DNA from: Camelus ferus
Lineage: Eukaryota
Assembly (NCBI RefSeq): GCF_009834535.1
Contig: NC_045696.1
Coordinates: 107,138,001-107,202,000, forward strand
Direction: 5' to 3'
DNA: 64,000 nt
Position numbers and translations under genes: made by a program. Position 1 is the stretch's first letter; each line of letters opens with the position of its first letter. This document shows positions 38,201 through 48,419 of the stretch, piece after piece. The notes under the pieces are model-generated. The model worked only from the letters and a program-made list of their open reading frames with translations. It was not told the DNA's origin and did not search any database.

Positions 38201-41200
38201 ATCCATCAGCCTGGGGTTGGCTTATTCTAACTAGCAGATTCCTTTATTCTGTATAACAGGCCCATCAGACACAATCTGCATGCCAATTACCGGCACAGAC
38301 CCCTTGATACCAAAAAATGGAAATTAGCTGTCAAGGAAAGGCTTCAGCTGGCCAGGTCTCTTTCCTGCTCTCTATTTCCAGCTCATATACACACTCACTC
38401 TGCTCAGTGCCTGTCTCTCACCAGGGAGTCCCCAGTGGAAAAAGTCATCTAAAAAATACAAACATATTTTATTGTTATTAGTAGTAGTTGCTGAGTTTCT
38501 CAGTACAATGTGAAATTCACCGGTGGGCAAAAGCTGCTTAGGGCAGAAATGGGTGAGAGAGGTTGATTTCTGATAATTGCATTTCTTTGGGAGCAGATCA
38601 AGGCGTCCCATGAAAGGACATTCAAAGAAATGTGAGGATAAGGGCAAAAGAAAACAGACAAGGAATGGGATTCTGTAACTGAGATAACAATCAGAACTTT
38701 CACACTTAGGAATGGGCCGAGGCAGAGTTGAGGGGACAGAGGTGAGACACGCTCCAGGAACAAGCCTGCGTGACTGCTTTGCATCCTAATAGCTCTCACA
38801 GAGCCGGGCTGCGGCCAGCCTGGAGGGCTTCCGTGGACACAGAAACACTCCAGTGTGTTTTCAGCCCAACCTAAGCCTGCTGCCCACAAGGTTTCTGTCT
38901 TGCTGTTCCCAAAATCTCCAAAAGAACACATCTGATTGTATAATTCCTCTTTTCTTTTTTCCAAAATGAGTCACAGAGGTAGGGAGTTTATTGTCTACTG
39001 TCAAAGGTCCAGGGTCCATGCTGAATCTCATTTGACGGGACAAAGGATTCCATGCGGATTGCTGTGACTTCAGAGTGGTACCCTGGGAAATTCAAGGCAT
39101 CCCCTTCATTCAAGGGCACACCCAACCCGAAGTCTGGCAGGCCCTTTTCCTTAAAACTTTGCAGTGAGGATTAGCTCCATATTAGCAATTTTAGTTGTAT
39201 GGATCTACAATTTTTTTATTAAATATTTTCTTTACCAGACAATTCAATACTTCCTCAAAATCTGGATTCTTTCATCAGCGAGTGGAAAATATCTTTACTT
39301 CTAAACAAACTGTCTCTTCTTCCCAGGCATTCTGGCAGCTAAATTGCCAATCAGGAAAATCTGGAGTTTTTTAGAGGCACAATTTTCAGAATGTGATGTA
39401 AAAAGAGCTTAAATTTGTCTAACTGAATGCCTACGATGTTCCTGGCATCTGAATATGCAACAAAGACTGTGGGAAAACAAATGAATGTCAGGGGCTAAGT
39501 CAGATACTGCAGATGGGTTGGTGAATGAGACCCATGCTTTGACCTTCAGCAGCTCAGGTTTCTGGCCTGAGCAACTGGACATATATAGATCATTCTAGTC
39601 TGGCGTCTTGGATGCTAAGGACCAGGAATCCACGCAAAGCTCAAGCAGAAAAAGAGTCCTATGAGGACACACAGTGTGCCAGAGAACCGCGGACGACCCC
39701 CAGGCCTCGGGGTCCTGCCCTCCAACTCTCACACGCCAGTGCCCATCACTCCTTTCCCCTCCTTTGGCCTGAGTCCCTCTCAGACTATAGTCCTCTCCAA
39801 ATCGTCCACTGCTGGACTTTTCCAAGGAGTGTTCAGCATTTCCACCTCCTTGGTTTTTCTGTTTGTTTTGTTTTGTTTTTTACCACCTGCTCACCTCTAA
39901 GCCTAGATATTCCAGGCTGGAAGGCACCTCTGGGAAAATAATGTGAAGCGGCACCAAGAGGAAGAGAAGTTCCACGCAACTCAGCGTCTCCAGCTGAGGT
40001 CAGCAGTTGACTCAGCCGCCACGACTCTCCTGAGCAGGTCCCCGAGGCCTGGAAGGGACAAATGGTGGAGATGGTTGGGTTAGGGGGTTTCACGGAGGCT
40101 CTGGGAAAACAGCGAGGCTGAGCTGCTACAAAGAGCAATGGTAGAGCAGCTGAGAAGGCAGAGAAGCCAGGCAGGGCTGGGGAGTGGAGACGTGAAGTGG
40201 GGGGCAGCCGCAGCCGAGGGCAGGGCCTCCATCCGCACGCGCGGAGTGACGGCCCACACGCTGGGAACAGCCACCCGCCGGTCCGTGGCCGCAGGACTGT
40301 GACGGAGGCTGTGTGCGGTCGTGACTGGATGCGGGAGGCTGCAGATGAACAGCGGCGTATGGCTAACCAGGCCACACCCTAAGGCTCACAGAGGTGCATG
40401 GAGGAGAGTTTCTGGCTTTCTTGGATGATCCGTTTGGTGACCACAGTTTAAGGAGCCTCTGGCCACCTGGAAGGAGGGACTCAAAGTTATCCCATCAGCT
40501 TCCACCAAGTATTCAGTCCTATATCTTTCTTTCTTTTTTTTTTTGGTGGGGGGTGGGGGGGAATGTCAGTTTTATAAAAGATACCTTAAATAGCTAACCT
40601 CAAGTGAACCTTAAATACACTGTCTCCATCTACCACGCAAATGCTTATCCAGACTTGTCAGCCGGACACTGGCAGAAAGCACATTTCTCCCCCAGAGAAA
40701 AGAAAGATGTCACTGAAATTATCTTAGGGTTCCGTAGGCGACATTAGTACAACCAGACTACAATGCATCAAGTGCCAATTGACATACTCGCTTCTGTTGT
40801 GCTAAATGGAAATCCTACCCTTGTTTTGTCAATTAAGTTGGTGAGAAAACTCCCCCCCAACCCCCACCTACCAGAGGCCCGACACTGGGTGGCACATGGG
40901 CCCAGGGGCCACTTGTCTACTGCGTAGGTGGATTCTTCGCTGCCTGGCTCTAGAGGAAAATGCATCTTACATAAGGTGCTGCTCCACAGATAAGTCTGTG
41001 GTTAATATGCCTCTGACTGCCTTCGCCATGGCTATTACCACGGATACATACGATGTTCGTCTTTTTTTATCGGGGTGCATTGTACTTGTGGTAAAAAAAA
41101 ATAATAATAATAAAAATAAATACATAAAAAAGGAAGAGAGGCCACAGGATGTCATTTGTTATTTTAAAAAAGAAAGGAAAGAATTTTCTTTTTTGCTACA

Positions 41201-41250
41201 GAGTCAATCCATACCACATATTATTACCTCATTGAATAAACTGGAACATG

Positions 41251-41367
41251 ATGCTGGCTTCCTAGCATGATGTACCAAAATTGGAACCATACGGAGAAGA
41301 TTAGCCTGGCCCCTGAGGAAGGATGACATGCAAATTCATGAAGCATTCCATATTTAAAAAAAAAAAA
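41251..41367 (+). pseudogene. RNU6-like: Full-length U6 snRNA processed pseudogene
   Basis: atgctggcttc...aaaattggaaccatacggagaagattagcctggcccctgaggaaggatgacatgcaaattcatgaagcattccatattt aligns end-to-end with U6. Followed by poly(A). 12-bp TSD aaactggaacat at 41238-41249 and 41365-41376. Confidence 0.95.
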
Positions 41368-41474
41368 CTGGAACATCAAATAACACATTAGTCATATGTG
41401 TGGGTTTTTCAGAATGGACTTAGAGTGTGATTCAGTAGCGCTTGTAGGGCGTAATTCCTGAGCTGAATGAACTT

Positions 41475-41629
41475 TTTTTTGTTTTTTTACTTGAAGGGGG
41501 AGGTTATTTGGTTTATTTATTTATTTGTTTATTTGTTTGTTTATTTATTTAATGGATGTACTGGAGATTGAACCCAGGACCTCGTACATGCTAAGCATAC
41601 ACTCTACCACTGAGCTGTACCTTCCCCCT
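41475..41629 (-). mobile_element. tRNA-Ala-derived SINE (Vic-1-like)
   Basis: Same head, with a (ttta/tttg)n tail. TSD tgaatgaactt at 41464-41474 and 41630-41640. Confidence 0.92.
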
Positions 41630-44600
41630 TGAATGAACTTGTTAAATGTTGCCTGCCACAATTCTGCCCCCTCATGATTGTTTTAAAATGTATGGAGTAT
41701 TTTTTTTCCAAAAAAATAGAAGAGGCTTTGGTAATGAATTCTTCTAGCTGAGGGAATGGAGGAGAAGTGGGGGCCAGTGTGAATCTGGGCCATTTCTTCT
41801 TTAATATCCAGGAACTGATCAGTCTGGGGAAGCCAAGGCAGCTTAGCCCAATGTTTGTTCTGACAGAAGCCAGCTGTGCAGCAAAGTGAGTTCCAGGTGC
41901 ACTGTTGGAGGAACCCTGTCCCTCCTTGGAAGACCCTCGCCTACGTGGGGTGTCCAGTGGGAGGCTGCTTGAGGATATTCGGACAGTGAGAGGACGGTAA
42001 TCTATTTGCCCAGTTCCTGGACCTAGGAAGGGGGAAACCTGAAAGATGACCAGTGATGAAACCACCAGCACAGCCAAGCCTGGCCCAGGAGCCCTGGCAC
42101 TGAGAAAGCCCTAGTGAGTTGACAGAATCCATGTGTCTGGTCCTCAGTGTCCCCATCTGTGCGAGGCCTGGAGGGGACTACATGACCAATGACGTCCTCC
42201 GTGCTGACCATGTGTGACCAGTGCCTAACAGACAGGTTTCCCCAGCCATCTAGTCTGTCCTCTCCACACATGTCTTCCTGCTCCTCAGGGAGCAGCTGAG
42301 GTGCTGGCTGAGCTCTGGCTGACCCCCCCATCCCCGAGAAAAGCCCAGATCACAGACTAGAGTTGGTACTGAGAGGAAGGGATCTTCCTGAGGCATAGAC
42401 ACCCCGAAAAAGTGGCTCTGAGCCCGTGGATGGAGACGGGAGAGTGGGGCCTCCACTAGGAATGGGAATCCTCAGACAAGGCTGGCCCAGAGATTTGTTC
42501 ATCACCTGCCCTGAGAGGGCGCGCTGACAGCTCCAATTTCAAACAACAGGCACGGGGGCTGAGAGAGGACAGACGGAGAGGCCGCCTCCATACTCCACCC
42601 AGATCCTCTTGGGGCTCTTTCATGTTTCTGGGCACTCCCCTCCTGGCTTCACTGTGCTTTTGCCCTAAGGGCCAGCATCCCACTTCTGGGATTCAGAACC
42701 TTCAAACAGAGGTCAGTTTACAAGTCCTGGGCAGAACTGAATGCTGGGCGAGAGTCTTGGTTATTTTCCAGAGCTTGCTCCAGACCAGCAGAATTCTCTC
42801 CAGCCTATAAGGCAGGTATTCCCAGCATGCGCTAATCCCTCACCTCTTTGCTGATCCCCTGCCCAACTGCCTGCCTGCCAACCCGTGAACCATATGTGTG
42901 TTGCCGTCCACATGACACTTAGTGTAAAATGGTTAAGTCAGGAACCACAACACTCCTTCTCCCCACCCTCACCTGCTAGAATCTGGAGACATATCTAATA
43001 CACAAAAAGTGCCACGGGGCTGGTGTTTTGCCCCAGATCCAAGAGGAAGACTCTTGGACTCAACGTGGTTTAAAATGGCGCTCCCAGGGTAGATTGTAGC
43101 AGCAAACACTATTGAGGCAGAAAACCCAATAGCCAGACCCCACAAACAGGCTGAGTGATCAGGTTTAGGGAGGAGAGGCCAAGGAAGGAGAGAGAGCAGG
43201 AGAGCTGGGAGGAGAATGAGACCCGCCCGGCACACATGGCCCCCCACCACCCCTCTACCTGAGTGTCAGCCTGGCAACCAGTCATCCACACAGTCCTGAA
43301 GCCAGAGCCTGGCTTCCACTTACTTGATAATGGACAGTCATTGCCTGTGTGCCCATCCAGAGATAGGCAAATCAAGAGTCAATATTTACAGATTGGCTTT
43401 GAGTGTCTGCGGATATAAAGATGAAGAGATTTCTGTCAACAGTAAAAGTAACTAGGTCCAAAGTGAATCTAAAATTGAACAAATGACATTGTCTGCCTCT
43501 TAGTCATTGGGTAAGAATAGCAAGTTACCTTGGGACCACTGGGGGACCCGCCTTAGTTGTGCACATTAAGGCCTTCTCTAGTACATATGTATGGGGAGAG
43601 GATGCTAAGGCCCCCCCAGGATGCAGGTCTGTGACTCCTTATTGTTGAAGCCCTGGAGGAGTGTAGCAGGACTGTGTGCTGCTGTGAAGGCGTGCCCCTG
43701 CCTGACACCCCACAGTCTGCAGAGCTCAGGGGACAGGTGGACAGGCTGCAGTAGGAGCTGGGCTCTTCTGGGAATAAAAGGTCTAAGATCCAGACTTGAG
43801 GCTAAAAAAGCTGTTGGGGTAGGTCTGTGAGAAGGAAGTTGTAATCTGGGATGGGGATTCGGGTTCTAACCAAAGGCCTGAGGCCTGGAGTCAGGGTTTG
43901 CGAAGGGAGAACCAGATCTGACACCTGGTACCTGGCTGGGGCTTGTGCTGGGCTCTGAAGGTAACAGCCGAGCAGGTGAGCAAAAACTTTTGAGTAAATA
44001 ACTTCGATGCCACGGTGAGAGTTCACTCTGCAGAGGACAAGCATCCACCCCTCTAGGACCAGACTTCGCAGGGATGCCCTGTGGCCGTGACCATAGTGTG
44101 GGTCCAGGGGTGAACCACCTGTGGTCCTGGAACAGCAGGTGTTGGGATAGGGAGTCCTCGGGAGGCACTTCTCATCGCCGTTAGTTAGAGCCTGTGGGGA
44201 CTCACCAGGGTGGACAGAAACATTAAAGCAAGAGGATAGAACTTTCATCTCAAGCTGATGATGTGGCTCAAAGAATCTTAAAACAAACAAGAAGCTTAAG
44301 AGATGTAGGAAGCAGATAAAGTGAGTGAAAACTAACAATAAATTGTGAATAGGAGCCCTTCTTATTAGAAAGGTTATATATTTCATATATTTAAAACACT
44401 CTTTATCTTAGCTTTTACATCTTTTACAAAAGAACTGAAATAAAGTTCCACTTTAAAAGTCTAAAAAAAAGACACAACATTCCAGTCTAAATGGGTGGGC
44501 CATGGAGGAGGCTTCGCACAAGCTGGAAGAAGAGAAGAAACACTGTTTTATTGTCTAGGGGTCTACCTACCCTGCTCCATTGCCCTTGGAGGTCAACTGC

Positions 44601-45717
44601 AGAGGAGCCTCCAGGACACCTCATTCCAGGTGCCTCATTTGACTCCTGTCACCTTCGTAAAGGCCTGGACTGAAGGGCTGCCCTGAATACATTTAATCCT
44701 GATTCAGTCAAGGCTCAGAGCAGCAACCACTTGGCAGCCCCTCTGGCTATCTCCCCAAGGCTCTGCCTTTCCACTGCAGGACCCAGGAGAGAGGCTTGCA
44801 CGAGAAGAGGCCCAGTCAATCCCTCAATGGCAGGTTCCATCACACCCCTTTCCCCCGACACTGTGAAGCAGCCATCTCTGCTGTGCCAGGCCTCACAATT
44901 CACACAGGAGTCCACATGCACAGCGCACCGTACAGCATCACTTGGCCTGCATTACCTCTCCATAATAATCTCATACATCAAAACTGGGAGAGACCCTAGC
45001 TCTGCCTGTAAGCGACTCCGTTAGACGTTGAATATCATTATCAGAAGCCCCTCGTTCCCTCGGCTTCGTATGCAAACTCCTGAGCTCCCTGGAGTCCTTC
45101 CCGAAGAAAGTGCCCTGCACGACGGACATTTGTTATTTTGCAGGAGAGGACGCTGAGGCTCCACGGGGACTGAACCACATTAACGGCAGCCGCGAGTTGG
45201 TGACAACTCAGACCTACATTGACACCTAGTGGCGTCTCTGAGAATTGCAGCTGGCTCTGGCGGGTTCCTTCGAAACCTCACTCCGGAAAAGCGAAACAAA
45301 GCCACCGATCTAGATATTTACCAATATCCGGGAAGAGGACAGAGTGGGAAACAAAACTTCACTGTTCAGCACCTCTTTGGTGATAGACGAACCCTCACTT
45401 CTTGTTTAAATATCTTAACTTGACAAGGACAGCGAGAAATTGAATCATTACTCTTTCATCCCATCTCAGGATAAAGTCAGGTCTTTAAGAAAGAGAAATG
45501 GAGGAAGAGAGACAAAAGCATGAGTGGAATCCAACTTCACATTTCTTCATCTTCCAGTTGTAGGAATCTGTCCTGCGTACAGTCGCACAAGTGTGCAAAG
45601 ACAGTCATTGCGGCAGTGTTTGGAATTTTTTAATGGAAACTATCTAAAAAGGCCATATATTTTATATATACTTTTATATATATAACAATAGTCATGTATA
45701 TAACATACATCATTATA

Positions 45718-45834
45718 TATGTAATAGTAACAAAAGTCATAACATTGATATATTGATATATTTATCAGGCATATATATACATTATCAGGCATATATGTAT
45801 GTGTCTGTGTTATGACTTTTGTTACTGTTACATA
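45718..45834. repeat. Inverted repeat with 27-bp arms and a 63-bp AT-rich spacer
   Basis: tatgtaatagtaacaaaagtcataaca (45718-45744) pairs with tgttatgacttttgttactgttacata (45808-45834) at 26 of 27 positions. Confidence 0.9.
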
Positions 45835-47953
45835 ATTGGGTTTTACCTTAATTTGGAATCTCCATTCCTCCTGATGCAGAAAATGTAACAACCATGGTCA
45901 CATCCATGGATAAGTCAGGCATTTTATATTTAAACTTCGTCAATGCAGTCTTTTTTCCTTACCTTGGCCCTCAGGTTTAGGGGCCTGCCTCGTATCACAT
46001 TTTAAGAGCGTGTCTGCACCCCAAATCTCCACATGGAGGCTTATCACTGACCCCTCAGCTCCTGAGTCCCCAGATTTGACCTTGAGCGTTCACACACTCA
46101 TATGTCGTATCTAACCCCCAGGGAAGGGCGCAGGAGACCGCCTTTTGGAGACCCTGACTATTTCTGTTCCTCCCCATCCTTCCCTCTTCCTCGTCCCTCA
46201 GCTTGATCTGTCTGGGGTTGGGAAGAGAGGGGGAAACTGCCAAAACATATTCTGCTCAATCTTTTCTATTTTATATCTGGGATGAGAACTTTTTAGACTA
46301 AAACTCAAGAATTGGTGTATTTCGTCTCTGATTCCACTGTGACAGCTTCCTTGAAGTGATGAGTATCTCCCGTCTACCTTCCCAGGTCAGGAGCAGAGGA
46401 GGGTCCCAGAGAAACAGGATTGTGGGATGGGAGAACCATAGCTGGTGATATGTCATGATTATGGAAGGAGACACACCAAATAGTCACAGAACTGACACCT
46501 GAGGGAAGGAGGAGGGAAGGAAGGGAGGAGCTTTTTGACTGATGTTCTTCCATACTGCTTGCACTTTTTATAATACACATGTATTCCTTCTGGAGAGAAA
46601 TGTCATTGGTCTAACGTTTAAAAATCAAGAGGCTAGCCAGATCTTACTTCCCTTCCTCTTCTTTACATCCTTTGGAAGCACTGTCAGTGAGCAATACAAT
46701 AGGACAGCTACACAATACAGGAAAGTATAGGAATATACAATACAGGAGAGCTATACAATAGGGCAGCAGCTAGGATGTGTCAGCAGAGACAGACGCTGAT
46801 ATTTCCTGGCTGGCCAGCCCTGTCTCCATCACTGCCTCTTCGAGAAGACCTGAAGCAGCGGGGCCCCCAGCACAGAGCCAAGTACCAACACAGAGGAAGA
46901 CTCCTGCAATAAGTTCCTACTGTGTGCTGTACCATGCATCCGAGCCCTACATAACAGACCTGAGCTCATCACAGGGCTACGTGTGAACCAGAAGCAGCAG
47001 GAAATCCTTTCTTTCGTTGTTTTTTTTTTTTTTTTTTAATGCAAAAAAGGTCTGTTCCATCAGTTTATGGAGAAAGAAGGAAGTAGTAGAAAGCTGTGGA
47101 GACTTCAGTCACATATGCCCCCTCTTCTCCAAGCCTGGGGAGAGGAAGCCCTGGACCCAGGGATGTCCTGTGGCAGGAAGTGATCGGGGTGACGCTGGCT
47201 CACAGCTTCACTGGGGCCGGATCTCCCCTCTCTGTGCCCGAGGAGGCGTGGTGGTGCCCGGGAGGGACTGTCTGGGGTTTTAGCACTTTACTCACCACAA
47301 TCAGTGCACTTCCCGGAACTGGAATTTTTTTCGATTATAGAAATTTTCCAGCCATTCCCTCTCCTGTGTTCTCACCAGTTTTCTCATTCAGGAGCTCCAT
47401 GGGATTAGAATTTCTCCATCTGCCTTCCATGACCCTCAGCTTCATATTTTTCGTTTCTTCATCTTTCGGTGCTGTATTAGATGTAACTTCTTTCTCTCTT
47501 TTGATGGCTTGTCCCCCGTCAGTTATTCTAGCCTGAGGTTTCTCCTACTTATTGTCGTCCTTTTATTTCCAATAGCAATATTTTTCATAACTACTAGCTC
47601 ATGTTTCCTCATCCCCCTGGTCTCCTTGCAAAGATGCTACTCCCTCCTTACCTCTTCAATACATAACGTAATGTCATACTTAAAGGGAATACCCAAATAT
47701 TGTTCCCAACACTCATTGGGAGGACATGAAAAGGGCTGAGTTGTTGAACATTCCAAGGATGTCCTTGGAGAAGGTTGCTGGGGCGCTCTGACCCCAGGGA
47801 AAGGGTGGAATGGGGGCAGTTTACCTCTTAACCCCAACCTAAGGGTCACATGCCGGAGCCGGAAGCGTGCTCCCGGCAGCTGGGGAGGCCGGGTGCCTGG
47901 CTCACTTTGGCCCACGGGCCTGTGAATGCAGAGGAGGCAGCGGCGTCTGGGAA

Positions 47954-48363
47954 TGTGAAGGAAAAGCCCAGCTGGGCTAACAAGCTAAGTCACAAATCTA
48001 AGTGTGATAAGTGTCGGTTTACTGATCTAAGTTCTGCTGGGCTAACTCATAAATCTGAAGTTCAGTGTCAGTTTACTGGGCTAACAAGCTAACTCGTAAA
48101 TCCAAGCTCAACAAGTGTCAGTAACGTGATCTGTTCCAAATTGATAAGCTCCAGTGTACTGATTCCTTGCTTTTTGTTGTTTGAGCCTTATTGGCTAATA
48201 GCCCCATACTTGTAATTAACCCTATAAAACCTCATGTGCATGTCTTGGAGGTGCTCAGAGCTTTGGAGTAGAAGCCCCTCTGAGTCCGCCGGCGTAATAA
48301 ATCTGAGTACTCCAACCCTCCGAGTGGTGCTTGTTTCTTGGCTGGCCTGTCATTTCCGTAACA
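47954..48363 (+). mobile_element. Solo LTR, ERV1/gammaretrovirus-like, 410 bp
   Basis: TG...CA termini and a 4-bp TSD ggaa (47950-47953, 48364-48367). Contains U3 direct repeats, ATTGG (48190), TATAAAA (48223-48229) and AATAAA (48296-48301). Confidence 0.88.
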
Positions 48364-48419
48364 GGAAAACTGGAGGCTGAGGAGGAAAGCCATGGCTGTG
48401 GACAAGTCTGGGTTCTCCA

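Noticed and set aside
39833..40375. 180-aa minus-strand ORF
   Set aside because: Low-complexity Pro/Arg/Ser/Ala composition as expected from stop-poor GC-rich DNA, with no recognisable domain.
41251..41355. Functional U6 snRNA gene
   Set aside because: The poly(A) tail, TSD, mutated ACAGAGA box and absence of an evident upstream PSE/TATA mark it as a retrocopy.
43802..44386. 194-aa minus-strand ORF, the longest in the window
   Set aside because: No recognisable domain, splice context or retrocopy hallmarks; compatible with chance.
47972..48125. CRISPR-like repeat-spacer array
   Set aside because: The repeats are irregular U3 duplications inside a retroviral LTR in a mammalian genome, with no cas genes.
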